From positions 47,740,001 to 47,804,000 of the forward strand of contig NC_043009.1 of the NCBI RefSeq assembly GCF_006345805.1: a stretch of 64,000 nt of DNA. The letters are read 5' to 3'. The stretch's first letter is position 1. Every line of letters begins with the position of its first letter. The translations under genes were made by a program, and so were the position numbers. Positions 39,604 through 52,311 of the stretch are shown here, piece after piece. The notes under the pieces are model-generated. The model had not been told where the DNA came from, ran no database searches, and was given only the letters and a program-made list of their open reading frames with translations. This DNA comes from Octopus sinensis. Lineage: Eukaryota.

Positions 39604-39988
39604 GGATACACACACACACACCACGAGTGCGTAAGTATGGGTGTATAGGTGTGTGCGTTTTAAATAGCCATGTGTTCATTTGACACCACTTGAGTATTAA
39701 TGTTATGATATGGGAATGTTGACTCTATGAGCCAAGATATGAAATAAAATACCATACTTGAAAAACAAACTGAGAGCTGGTATCTTTAAAGGGCATCTGG
39801 TTTTAGTGCACTACTTCGAGAAGTCTTGTCCAGCTTATGCCAGCATGGGGAAATGTGAACATAAAACCGGTGATGATAATGATGATGATGATATAATGCA
39901 GGTACTTGCACATGTATGTACGAGCATGCATAAAACCATCACAGCCGCCACAGCCCCCCCCATCCCAGTTCCCCACACCACTATTACC

Positions 39989-40222
39989 TATTTCTTTACT
40001 ACCCACAAGGGGTTAAACATAGAGGGGACAAACAAGGACAGACATAGAGGTATTAAGTCGATTACACTGACCCCAGTGCGTAACTGGTACTTAATTTATC
40101 GACCCCCGAAAGGATGAAAGGCAAAAAAGTCGACCTCAGCGGAATTTGAACTCACGACGTAACAGCAGACGAAATACCGCTAAGCATTTCGCCCGGCGAC
40201 GTGCTAACGTTTCTGCCAGCTC
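39989..40222 (-). mobile_element. SINE family B
   Basis: Full reverse-strand copy; flanking repeat CCCACA(C/G)CACTATTACC looks like a TSD. Confidence 0.88.
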
Positions 40223-40321
40223 CCACAGCACTATTACCATTTGCTCATCACCGTGTTTGTTTTCTATGCTGGCACAGTTTGGATGTGTCAACAACTATGA
40301 AGTCTAGCCTTGAAAGATATA

Positions 40322-40355
<34 letters not shown>

Positions 40356-40380
40356 CGTGTGTGTGTGTGTGTGTGTGTGC

Positions 40381-40428
<48 letters not shown>

Positions 40429-40636
40429 AAATAGAAAGATGAATAATCTTGTTGCAGATTAATCAAAAGTTTAACCGATACCTTGGTAGCAAAAATCACA
40501 GCAGAAGAAAGCACGGTTGGAGGTACAACCATATGTGTTACAACCGTGCGTTGGTGCGGATAATTGAATTTTAATATTATTAGTGAATTGAAGAAATGGA
40601 GTTGAACGAAGATTGAACAGAAATCCTTTTATTGCA

Positions 40637-40716
40637 TTCTACACGTGTTTCGAAAGCCACAATTTACCAAATTCCGATTGAATAAGGAGACCATATTGTG
40701 TCTTTCTCTTCAGGAA
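40637..40716 (-). ncRNA. Type I hammerhead ribozyme motif (canonical core), left arm
   Basis: Reverse complement of 40900-40978 with one extra nt in loop II. Confidence 0.8.
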
Positions 40717-40899
40717 GAAATAGGAATTCCGTTGGCAGAACAAAAACAGAACAGAGGCGCAGCAAAACAAATCGAACGAGGAGGCTCCTAAGAGCCCATG
40801 GCCAAACTGTTTATCAATGGGCTCTTAGGAGCCTCCTCGTTCGATTCGTTTTGCTGCACCTCTGTTCTGTTTTTGTTCTGCCAACGGAATTCCTATTTC

Positions 40900-40978
40900 T
40901 TCCTGAAGAGAAAGACACAATATGGTCTCCTTATTCAATCGGAATTTGTAAATTGTGGCTTTCGAAACACGTGTAGAA
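40900..40978 (+). ncRNA. Type I hammerhead ribozyme motif (canonical core), right arm
   Basis: TTC-CTGAAGA-GAAAGACACAAT(30 nt)ATTGTGGCTTTC-GAAA-C-ACGT-GTA-GAA: 11/12-bp stem II, ACACGTGT palindromic stem III, predicted cut after 40975; AATAAA at 40982-40987. Confidence 0.8.
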
Positions 40979-41033
40979 TGCAATAAAAGGATTTCTGTTC
41001 AATCTTCGTTCAACTCCATTTCTTCAATTCACT

Positions 41034-41038
<5 letters not shown>

Positions 41039-41086
<48 letters not shown>

Positions 41087-41159
41087 TATATACATATATG
41101 TGTGTGTATATATATATGTATACTATATATATATATATATATTATATATATATAATATA

Positions 41160-41211
<52 letters not shown>

Positions 41212-41360
41212 CACACACATACACACACACATATATATATATATATGTATACATATATATATATATATATAATGTATACATACATATTATATATATATAT
41301 ATATATATTATTATATATATATATATGTATGTATGTATGTGTGTATGTATACATATATAT
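41039..41360. repeat. Long interrupted (TA)n/(CA)n tract
   Basis: Direct reading. Confidence 0.95.
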
Positions 41361-41971
41361 AAATATTACCAACCAACCAACCAACCAGCCAACAAACCTT
41401 ACCACATCCACTTCCTAAATTGTGCATTTCTGTGGCAGCTTGCTTAAAAATTCTGCATGGGAAATATGCATCTTTTGAAACCACACACATATATAAACAT
41501 ATATATATATGATAGGCTGAATACAATTATATTCTTTTAGATGTAGAAATAGTGTTTTATGACGTATGCCAAGATGCAAAGGAAAAAATTTCCTTTCATT
41601 GTACAACAATCATATTTTCTTCCCTCTTCACCCTTAATCTCAGTGTATCTCATGTTTATTTCAAACATATTGTTATCGATTTAATTGTTCATGTATAATT
41701 CAAGTTTTCTTTACTGTATTGAAACAACTTACCATTCCACAGTTTACCAGAAGGGATGAATTATTATTTTTTTGCTTTTGTCCTTGTTTTTTTTTTTTTT
41801 TGAATGGTGAATCTTGAAGTAGATAAAGCTATAAATAACAGCATGTAAATATTGGATTAAAAATTCCTTTGAACAGAAGAAAGTCAAATGCAGCCCATAA
41901 GATTTTTAACCCAATATTTACCCTCAAGTTAACCAAAACCTTGTGAGGGGTTTTGATAGACAGAAACTAAA

Positions 41972-42032
<61 letters not shown>

Positions 42033-42859
42033 GGGTCAGATGGAATTTGTTAAGGTATATTTTTATAGCAGGATGTTCTTTCTGTCATTAGTCCTCACCT
42101 GTTTCCAAATAAGGTATATTTCCCCATGACCAGACATGTTTTCATGGAAGATGGAAAATGAAGGACACTATTAGCATTATGGGGTCACTTGTTTACAACT
42201 ATCATGTTATGTCAAGGCAAGGACACAGTAACACACATACACACACAATTCTGTTTCTGTCTACCAAATCCACTCACAAGGCTTTGGTTGGCCTGAGGTT
42301 ACAGTAGAAAACATTTGCCCAAGATGCCCTATAGTGGGACTGAACCCAGAACCATACGGCTGGGAAGCAAATTTCTTACCACACAGCTATGCTTTTGCCA
42401 ATACACACATATACACACACTTCATTCAAAGCTAATGAATCACTCCATTATTTATCTGGGTTTCTCTCAGCATATGGTCCTTCAAGTGACAAAATGATGA
42501 ACAAAAGAACTAGGATTAGGGGATACACAAATGTAGAACTTAGAAGATTATTAATTTCACAATAGTCAGCTTTGATCAGGTGTGAATGGTTGAAGTGGGC
42601 TAACGTCAGGTAGGAGAAAAATCCATTGAAATAGTTAGGTCACTTGTCAAAGGTACTAGGTGTGGGAGTTTATACCAAAAAAAAAGAAGAAAAAGAACCC
42701 CTTTATATTGCCTAATTTGGCAGAAGGAGATAGTAGGAGATACATTTTGGTAGTGCAGTAATGCCATACATAAAGAATGGAATACATACAATGTTTGAGT
42801 CTTGTAAGAGGGAAAGTCCTCTTTTCTATCCCAGATGACTGCTTTTAAAAGTCTTATAA

Positions 42860-43151
42860 CATTTGTATGGAAATCCTCATTGATAGAAATTTATGTTGGT
42901 TGGGACGCGTACACAAGATGGACAACAACAGACTCTCAAGACAACTCCTTTGTTCCTAGCTTTGCAAAGGGAGAAGAAACCATGGAAGACATAGGGTAAG
43001 ATTCAAAGATACTGCAAAAAGGAATATGAAGTGGAAAGGAATCGATCACAATAAGTGGCAAACTCAAGGTGGAAAAACTAGCCAGTAAGGACAGAGCTTA
43101 TCAAGTCATGCCAAAGCCATGACGAGTCATTGTCATGATGACTGACTGCAG

Positions 43152-43183
<32 letters not shown>
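42860..43183 (+). pseudogene. RTE (BovB-like) LINE 3' end, decayed, with (TAA)n tail
   Basis: Translates EILIDRNLCWLGRVHKMDNNRLSRQLL..*L..GRRNHGR..VRFKD..K, matching RTE LRW.GHV.RM...RLP...L...L..G.R..GR...R.KD. Confidence 0.75.
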
Positions 43184-43187
<4 letters not shown>

Positions 43188-43742
43188 GCCCTGATGCAGT
43201 ACCAGGCAGTGGCTCTCATGGCTTCTGATCTTAACTGATTGGAAGTGTTATCATGTACATTGTTTTGTCTTGGTATAAAAGATGGGCTACAGCAAATATT
43301 CTGCTCAATACCACAGATTTGCATGTCAGTTGTTTGACCATAACCAGTTGAGCATGTCCCTTAGTGGCTGACGATATGTGCATCTCTGATCACAAGCAGA
43401 AGTAGCGGGGGAGCATCATAGCCATGTGTTGAGAGGGATTCTTTGGGGTTTGAATGATTCATCTCTGGAAACATAGGTGTTTCGTTCAACATCCTTAAAC
43501 AACCCTTAATCAGGGACCTTTTGAGTGGGATGGGTTACCCAACCAGAAGAAAATTCTAACTGAGCCTCACCCGCAAGGTCATGCACTGTTTATCTTGTTA
43601 TGAGATCACCATGTCGCGCACATATGGTTGTGATGCATGTGCCTAGTGTACCCTTATCAGACGGGTAGTCATGATGGGTATACTGGGCTTCGTATATTTT
43701 ACCCCAGTGTCACTTTGATGGCATGCACTGCTCTCTCACTCA
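43184..43742 (-). mobile_element. Interspersed repeat family E, flanked by (AAT)n on both sides
   Basis: Reverse complement of 21695-22272. Confidence 0.85.
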
Positions 43743-44602
43743 ATAATAATAATAATAATAATGATGATGATGATGATGATAATGATAAAAATAATGATAA
43801 TAATGATGATGATCATGATGATGATCATGATGATAATTTATATTTAAAATCTTAACTGTTATTTCATAATTAATAATTATTTATGTTCTTAGAATGAACA
43901 AGAAATTTAAGCATATTTGGTTATGTTAGTATAAAATATACTCTCTGGTGAGGTGGAGGTGGGGTGGGAGGATGTAAATAGCTGCGGAATTATCTATAAT
44001 CCTTATGTGATATGGCATGAGATAGTACTCAGTTTGTAACAGCAAATCATTTATATAGCCTAGTTTGACAGGAAGAGATGACAGGTGCTTTCCAGTGTAA
44101 TTGGTAACACTGACCAGAATGTGATTGATATGAAGAAGTTTGTGGGTCATTAGAAAGACAGTTACTTCTCTGTCCTAGATTACTGCTAGCAGTTGTCATA
44201 TACATACATACATACATATATATATATATAATATATATATATATATATACACACACACATACATATGCAATATATTTCATGTAGTTTATGCAGTAAAGAA
44301 AATTTAATTTGCCTTCAGTAAATTTCCGATAAGGATGTATTCGGTTGATTGTAAGAACAAATTGGAATGTAATACATTTCCTCTATGTTTCCATTGAACA
44401 TGAGCCAATATTTCTTACTCTCAGACCACTGTGTGTTGTTAAAAAAAAAAAAGCAAAAAAAAAAAATAATGTTTTCTAAATGTTAGCAATCAGCCATTTC
44501 TTCAACAGCACACTTGGAAAGATGTCCAACACAGAAAATAAATTATGCAAGAATTACCCAAGGGAATGAGGTAGGCGATGTGGTAAATAAAGTAGTGATT
44601 AC

Positions 44603-44633
<31 letters not shown>

Positions 44634-45365
44634 TACATATTTGGATTTGTTGCCATGATTGCTCGTTGTTGCAAAGATATAGCCAAAAACTAGTGATCCA
44701 TCTATGGATTATCCTGATTCAATATAACTTAACTTTGTTGAAATGTGCTTCAAGTCCTTTCTCAAACCTTGATGACTCAGAATTCAAGTTTAGTTCTCCC
44801 AGAATGGAAGGAAAGAGAATAATGGAATCTATTGTAGATTAACATTCCCAGACGGTCTGACTCCTCATTTTTTGCTTGTAGTAAAATGAGGCAAGTAAAA
44901 GCAAAATGTCTTATGTAGAAATATAATGCAAATTCACAATCAACTGTGCAAATATATTTGACTACATTAGTTCAAAGTATATTCTGTACTGTTTAATTCT
45001 GTTTCACATATCAGAGGCGTAAGCTTGTATTTCACAGACATTTGTCTCCAGTATTTGCATGTGTGTATATGCATATGTGCATGCACTCATTATTTTTTGT
45101 GCTTTATTTTTTGTTAATCAATCCAATTTTTCTTTTTTGAATTGAAACCTTTAAGCTAATATTAAAGGCGACACAGTTTAGATTGGGAACAGGATAGTAG
45201 TATACTCAACACTTTAATATCTCTGAGACACCATGTTTTTCTTGGCTTTCTCTGCAACGATTACAATCAACAGTCAATACATGACACTCTGAAGGAGTCA
45301 TTTACTTTGTTACATGACCATAATATTGCAATGTTGAAGACAGCTTTCATGTATATATATATAGA

Positions 45366-45702
45366 GGTAAAAGATCCCTTCTGGTCATGAATGACCATGG
45401 GTTTGCACCTAGAAAGTTCCCCATCAAGGCTCAAGTCCAGGCAAGGTTATGTATGGAAGACCAGCAGTTGCCCATGAATACCAGCCTCCCCCTCTATGCT
45501 ACTGATGTTATCCAAGGGAAAGGCAAAAGCCGATACGGCTTGGTACCTGTGACACTGCAAATATTTCTATTGCTGAGTGAACTGGAGTAATAGAAAATAA
45601 AGTGTCTTGCTCAAGAACACAACACACAGTCTGGTTTGGGAATCGAACTCAGTACCGCATGATTGTGGGCCCAACACTCTAACCATTGAGCCATGCACCT
45701 TC
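45366..45702 (-). mobile_element. SINE family C
   Basis: Homologous to 18748-19085. Confidence 0.8.
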
Positions 45703-46059
45703 TTATACCTATCAGCACTAAAACTGCTAATCCTCATAATAGTCTCAGTTCATTTGAGCTGTACCTTCCAGACACATTAACATTATGTATCCAACAGACA
45801 ATACTTAATCTTTCTTAGGATTAAGTAGACTTTCCATATTCAATACCCATGTCTAGCTGTCAAACAACTTTGCACTGCCAACAGATGCTTCATGTAATTG
45901 GTCTTTTGTACAACCATTCTGCCAATAGAGGAAATAAAGCTCTAAATTTCTTCTATTCCTTCTTAGTTCTAGTGCATCAACAAATGAGAGAGCCTGATCT
46001 ACAAGGTGATGAAATCAAGGAGGTAAAGGAGTGTCTACGGTGAATATGTACTAAGACAT

Positions 46060-46855
46060 GAAGAATGAAATCTCAAAGAAAATAAGAGCAGAATGGCGCA
46101 CAAACTTTTTCCTCAATCTAATAATTGAATCATTCAATTTGAATTCATTGTTAATCTAAACAAGCATGTCCCAGACTTTTGTAGCCAGATCATTTCATAT
46201 ACAATATTTGATGCATGTTTATAGCACACATCAGTTTTCATGTTCAAGTACTGGCATATTGCCTAATAGACACAGTAACTAAGGCGGCGAGTTGGCAGAA
46301 ACATTAGCACGCCGGGTGAAATGCGTAGCCGTATTTCGTCTGCCGTTATGTTCTGAGTTCAAATTCCGCCGAGGTCGACTTTGCTTTTCATCCTTTCAGG
46401 GTCGATAAATTAAGTAGCAGTTACGCACTGGTGTTGATGTAATCGACTTAATACCTTTGTCTGTCCTTGATAAAAGATGGGCTCAAGGTGAAGTTGGACA
46501 AGATCCTATGTGTCAGTTTCTTCAATAGCACTGTCCTACAAGCATTCTTAAATGTATGTGAGACGCGAGCTATTTGGAAGCAGGAAGAATATTGATAGGT
46601 TCTGACACAAAAGGGCCATGGAAAGATCCATGCTGGAAATATCAATGTGAGAGCATATCTAAAATGAGGCAATTCAAGAATGAAGCGAAGGGAACAATGT
46701 GATCACAGAATATTGAAAGCACAAATTTATCTTTGTTGGACATTTCACAAGGTTTACAGAAAACAGGAGCGATAGCCAAGGGATTGGAAAGGCCACCTAG
46801 AAGGTTTCCCATGAAAATGGGAAGACAATTTACTTCATAAAGCAGTTTGGGCCAA
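46060..46855 (+). pseudogene. RTE LINE reverse-transcriptase fragment, split by a 377-bp insertion
   Basis: KNEISKKIRAEW | IKD...FFNSTVL...CET......TQ(R)AMERSML.IS..EHI.NEAI matches RTE EI.RRIRAGW...IKD / FN..VLP...YG.ETW / TQRAMER.ML. Confidence 0.65.
46093..46469 (+). repeat. Local duplicate of 50804-51166 (unique DNA plus a partial SINE B)
   Basis: Near-identical sequence starting ATGGCGCACAAACTTTTTCC in both places. Confidence 0.95.
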
Positions 46856-47409
46856 AATGAAAAAGAATGAGGCAATCAAGAAAGAAATGAAAGTGTATTG
46901 TCATTGGGTGTATAACAATATCCAGTAGTATGGTTGATACTAGAGATATGGATGGTACTAAAGATAGCAGCCAAATCTTAATCAAAGCATACCAGACTAT
47001 TTTCAAGTGTGTATTGAATAAGGTGATCCTGGGTTATCGGCATATAGAAAGACAAAAGAAAAAAAAAGATGGTCACAGCTGGAGTGCATTTGATCATAGT
47101 TCTACTTGTTTGGAATTGATTTAAAGTTAAAAAATAACAAACTGTGGAAATAACAAGATGGTCACAGCTGGAATGCCTTTGATCATATATCTGCCCATTT
47201 TGGGGTTGAGCTACAACTATAAACAACAGTAAGTAGTAAGTATATTTCTTGGCAGGAAACTCCGAAATTATGTTATCTATGATATTGAAACTATTTACTA
47301 CTACAACTAATGCTGCTGTTTCTACTGCTGCTACTGCTACTACAACTATTACCACTACAACTACTGCAACCACTACCATGACCATGACCACCATGACCAC
47401 CAAAACTGC

Positions 47410-47449
<40 letters not shown>

Positions 47450-47452
<3 letters not shown>

Positions 47453-48602
47453 TCATCATCATCATCATCATCGTTTAACGTCCGCTTTCCGCGCTAGCAC
47501 GGGTTGGACGGTCGACCGGGTCTGGGAAGCCAGGGGCCGCTCCAGGCTCCAGTCTGAATCTGGCAGGTTTTTACGGCTGGATGCCTTCCTAACGCCAACC
47601 ACTCCGAGAGTGGATTGGGTGCTTTTTACGTGCCACCTGCACAGGGGCCGGAGGGGTCCGGCATCGTCACGATCGGTTCGAGCATTTTAACGTGTCAGCG
47701 GCACGGGGCAACGAGGTCCGGGGTACTTTGGGGATCGGGGTACTTAGAATGGGTAGGGGGTATGTGGAATTGCTGCAGAAAGCAGCCCGGGTCCTTTAGG
47801 ATATTACGAGGCGGAGGGTACTAAAAGGGGATGGTCGGATTGAGGCGGTGTCAGGAGGAAGCAAAGATCGGTGGGCAGTTGATGAGCTATGGCGCTAGCA
47901 GCTTGTCTTTTCACAGTGAAAGCATATGAGGATAAGGGGAGTGGGGGGCGGAGGAGGGAGTAGGGCGTATCGGTGTAGATGGTGAGAACAGGGTATACTG
48001 GTATTGGTGGTAGGGGTGAGAGCAGTGTTCAACCGGTATTGGTGGTGGGGGTGAGAACAGTGTTCACCGGTATTGGTGGTGGGGGTGAGAGCAGTTTCAC
48101 CGGTATTGGTGGTGGCAGTGAGAGCAGTGTTCATCGGTATTGGTGGTGGGGGTGAGAACAGTGTTCACCGGTATTGGTGGTGGCGGTGAGAGCAGTGTCA
48201 CCGGTATTGGTGGTGGCAGTGAGAGCAGTGTTCATCGGTATTGGTGGTGGGGGTGAGAACAGTGTTCACCGGTATTGGTGGTGGGGGGGAGTGAGAACAG
48301 TGTTCATCGGTATGTGGTGGGGGTGGGGGGCGGGCGCACCGCCAATGGCGGAAAGATGGGAAAAGATAGGATTACGGCTTGAGGTAGCCTAAGGTTAAAT
48401 TTTGTAGAGAGAGAGAGAGAGAGAGATAGGAAAGATAAATCAAGTTATGGCGAAGGCTTGAAAGTAGCCTAAAAGGTTAAATTTTCGTAGCGAATGAGAT
48501 GGGTAATACGAATCAAGTTATCAATGTATGAATAAACGTAGTAACAACGAATAAAAAATAGTAAGATAAATTTTAAAGAGGAACTTGCTGCGGCATCGAC
48601 CG
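47450..48602 (-). mobile_element. Putative ~1.15-kb non-autonomous RTE-tailed element inside a (TA)n tract
   Basis: (CAT)n plus RTE-family 3' end at 47450-47720, CpG-rich body and internal minisatellite; (TA)n on both flanks. Confidence 0.55.
47995..48330. repeat. G-rich minisatellite, ~32-33-bp unit, ~10 copies
   Basis: CCGGTATTGGTGGTGG(G/C)(G/A)GTGAGA(A/G)CAGTGTTCA repeated. Confidence 0.95.
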
Positions 48603-49207
48603 ATATATATATATATATGTATGAATGAATGTGTGTGTGTATATGTTCGTCCCGCTAACATCGCTTGACAACCGATGGTGGTGTGTTTACATCCCTGTAA
48701 CTCAGCAGTTCGGCAAAACAGACCGATAGAATAAGTACTAGGCTTATAAAGAATAAGTCTTGGGGTCGATTTGCTCGACTAAAGGTAGTACTCCAGCATG
48801 GCTGCAGTCAAATGACTGAAACAAGTAAAAGAGTAAAAGGGAATATTTCAACTGTGTGATCTTTTACCTTTTCTTTATCGCTTCATTGTAGTTTAAAATG
48901 TTTTCATCTCTTATTTCATTCTATTATCTCATGAAAATCTCTCTTCCTAATCACATATTTCTAAATTTGTCATTGTTTTTTTGCAGGGTTCATTTTCGGT
49001 CTAAATGATGTTTTCTACTATGTTATAATACAGGATGTTAAGATCTCGCGAGATACTGACGCTATCATTTTCAATAACTCATTTATTCCCTCTTTATATT
49101 CAAACCTTCCTCTTTTCCCTGTCCACTAGTTTGGACTGAACCTTTGCAGCATGATTTAGACAATACTGTCAAGACACCAACACCTCCCTTTAAGTCATTT
49201 CAGTTTT

Positions 49208-49473
49208 GATGATGATGATGATGAGAGGAGGAGGTGGAGGAGGAGGTGGAGGAGGAGGAGAACAGGAAAAAGAAGAAGAAGAAGTTGAAGAATAAGAAGA
49301 AGAGGAAGAAGAAAACAAGAAGTCGAAGAAAACAAGAAGAAGAAAAAAAGAAGAAGGAGAAGAAGAAGACGAAGAAGAAGGAGAAGAAGAAGAAGAGGAA
49401 GAAGAAAACAAGAAGTTGAAGAAAACAAGAAGAAGAAAAAAAAGAAGAAGAAGGAGAAGAAGAAGAAGAAGAA

Positions 49474-49504
<31 letters not shown>

Positions 49505-49849
49505 AAACAAGAAGTCGAAGAAAACAAGAGAAGAAGAAGGAGAAGGAGAAGAAGAAGAAGAAGAAGGAGAAGAAGAAGAAGAAGAAGAGGAAGAAGAAAA
49601 CAAGAAGTTGAAGAAAACAAGAAGAAGAAAAAAAGAAGAAGAAGGAGAAGAAGAAGAAGAAGAAGAAGAAGAAGAAGAGAAGAAGAAGAAGAAGAGGAAG
49701 AAGAAAACAAGAAGTCGAAGAAAACAAGAAGAAGAAGAAGGAGAAGAAGAAGAAGAGAAGACAACAACAACAACAAAGAGAAGAAGAAGAAGAAGAAGAA
49801 GAAGAAGAAGAAAGAAGAAGAAGAAGAAGAAGAAGAAGAAAAAGAGGAG
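49208..49849. repeat. (GAA)n tract with a ~95-105-bp higher-order repeat
   Basis: GAGGAAGAAGAAAACAAGAAGT(C/T)GAAGAAAACAAGA recurs five times. Confidence 0.92.
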
Positions 49850-50235
49850 ACATACACACAGTCAGACAGAAAGTTAGAGTGAGTAAAGAGAAGAATGTTA
49901 AAAGTTAACTAACCCAATTAGAAAGGATTACGTGCAGTAATCATGAATATACAGGCACGAGTTTGATTAGATTTAATTAATACACAAGACACAGGCATAG
50001 TTGTGTGGTTAAGAAGTTTTTCTTCCCAACCACATGGCTCCAGATTCAGTCCCACTGCATAGTACTTGGATCAGTGTCTTCTACTATAGACCCTGCCACC
50101 ACCACTACCACCACCAGGCTAACCAAAGCTTTGTGAGTGAATTTCACAGACAGGAATTAAAAGAAGCCCATTATATCATCATCATCATCATCATCATCAT
50201 CATTTAATGTCCGTTTTCCTTCTTGGGATACAAAA

Positions 50236-50652
50236 CTCTACTTGCAAAGACCTGTTGAGGCAAGTGAAAATCAAAATCAAAATCAAAATCGATCAACATC
50301 AATGGAAATTGTAGCTGTGATACCAGTGCCGGTGGCACGTAAGAGAACCATCCGAACGTGGCCGTTGCCAGCGCCGCCCCGACTGGCCTCCATACTGGTG
50401 GCACGTAAAAAGCACCATCCGATCGTGGCCGTCTGCCAGCCTTGTCTGGCACCTGTGCCGGTGGCACGTAAAAAGCACCCACTACACTCACGGAGTGTTT
50501 GGTGTTAGGAAGGGTATCCAGCCGTAGAAACATTGCCAGATCAGACTGGGCCTGGTGCAGCTTTCTGGCTTCCTAGACCCCAGTTGAACCATCCAACCCA
50601 TGTTAGCATGGAAAGCAGACGCTAAACGATGATGATGATGATGATGATGATG
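50236..50652 (+). mobile_element. RTE-type LINE 3' end with (ATG)n tail
   Basis: Near-identical to 22306-22696; an inverted older copy follows at ~50653-50780. Confidence 0.8.
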
Positions 50653-50990
50653 ATTTCTATGCTGGCATGGGTTGGATGGTTTGACTGAAAACTGGTAAGT
50701 CGGAGAGCTGCACCAGGTTCCAGTTTGATTTAGCATGATTTCTATGGCTGGAAGCCCTTCCTAATACCAACCACTTTACATTTTAAAAAATCATTATTTT
50801 AACATGGCGCACAAACTTTTTCCTGAATCTAATAATTGAATCATTCAATTTGAATTCATTGTTAATCTAAACAAGCATGTCCCAGACTTTTGTAGCCAGA
50901 TCATTTCATATACAATATTTGATGCATGTTTATAGCACTCATCAGTTTTCATGTTCAAGTACTGGCATATTGCCTAATAGACACAGTAAC

Positions 50991-51210
50991 TGGCAGAAAC
51001 GTTAGCACGCTGAGTGAAATGCGTAGCCGTATTTCGTCTGCCGTTATGTTCTGAGTTGAAATTCCGCCGAGGTGACTTTGCTTTTCATCCTTTCGGGGTT
51101 GATAAATTAAGTAGCAGTTATGCACTGGTGTCGATGTAATCGACTTAATACCTTTGTCTGTCCTTGTTTGTTGCCTCTGTGTTTAGCCTCTTGTGGGTAG
51201 TAAAGAAATA
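50991..51210 (+). mobile_element. SINE family B with a 16-bp TSD
   Basis: TAATAGACACAGTAAC at 50975-50990 and 51211-51226. Confidence 0.92.
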
Positions 51211-51925
51211 TAATAGACACAGTAACCGACTCAATTGAAAATATTTTGATGTTGTCTTGGAAAATGAAGTTCAGCCCCACTGTGTGACACCTCAACCGAG
51301 TATCTTTTATCATAACCCCCAGATCAACAAAATCCTTGTGAGTAGATTTGTGAGGTAGAAACTGAAAGAAGCCTGTCATGTGTGTGCGTGTGTGTTGTAT
51401 TTTACTACCAACATTGCTTGACAACAGGTATTGATTTGTCTATGTCTCTGTAACTTAGCAGTTCACCAAAAGAGTCTGATAGAATAAGTAGCAGACTTGG
51501 AAAAACTAAGTACTAGATTTGATTTGTTCGACAAAGCCCTTCAAAGTTGTGCTCCAGCATGACCGCAGTCCAGTGACTGAAACAAGCAAAAGATAAAAGA
51601 TAATAAAAGTTATACTCAGTTTCTAGCTTGTAATAAATTGCTTCCTTAGATTTAGAACAAAGTATTTATCATTGTGTTCCCTTGTTACACTAATCAGTTT
51701 ACATTCCCTTGTTTCTAAGTACTGTACTTGTCTAACAATCGGTATTTATTTGTATAAAGCACCAGCTACATATCCTACTTATGTGGTGTATCCCACCTTA
51801 AGGTGGCAGCTTCAAAACACTCTTAGTAGTTTTCTGCTTTCCATATCTAAGCCATTTGATTCACTTAACCTCCAGTTAAACTCTAGCTTATAACTAAGAC
51901 AGTTTGTGCTTTTGTACCTTTTACC

Positions 51926-52298
51926 CAGCGCTGGATTAACCATTAATCAAAATAAACACGTGTTTAGGGCATCAAGGGAAGCAGGGGCATGACAGAAATG
52001 GTAAATGGTTCACTGCACAAAAGAAATCACTTTAAAATAATATTCAAAGTGGTTTATATGATTGGAAGTATAATTACAAAGGGTTCATGGTATCATAGTG
52101 AGGATCTCATCAAAGACTTTGCAATTAAAAAAAAGTAGGAGAAAACTTTTCAAATATAAATAAAGTGGAAGTATACAAAAATAAGAACATTATTTTCTAA
52201 ATTTCCTGTTAGTTTTGTTTCGTTTTGTAAAACATATATCTGGGGGCACCAAAATCTTTTAAGTGCTTAGGGCCCCTATGGGTCTTAACATGGCCCTG
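51926..52298 (+). mobile_element. hAT-type MITE
   Basis: Perfect 8-bp TSD CTTTTACC; TIRs CAGCGCTGGATTAA / TTAACATGGCCCTG. Confidence 0.85.
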
Positions 52299-52311
52299 CT
52301 TTTACCTCATT

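Larger units (their letters stand above)
40574..41041. repeat. 468-bp fold-back element: 226/225-bp inverted arms, 17-nt spacer
   Basis: 40574-40799 vs 40817-41041 differ by 2 substitutions and 1 indel; spacer GGCCAAACTGTTTATCA; right end runs into (TA)n. Confidence 0.97.

Noticed and set aside
40698-40986. ORFs across the fold-back
   Set aside because: Non-ATG starts, no domain, and explained by the palindrome
47995-48330. CRISPR-like ~33-bp periodicity
   Set aside because: Head-to-tail repeats with no unique spacers, eukaryotic context and no cas genes
49190-49877. 153-220-aa Glu/Lys/Leu-rich ORFs (also 24337-24761 and 33338-33901)
   Set aside because: Translations of GAA/GA microsatellites
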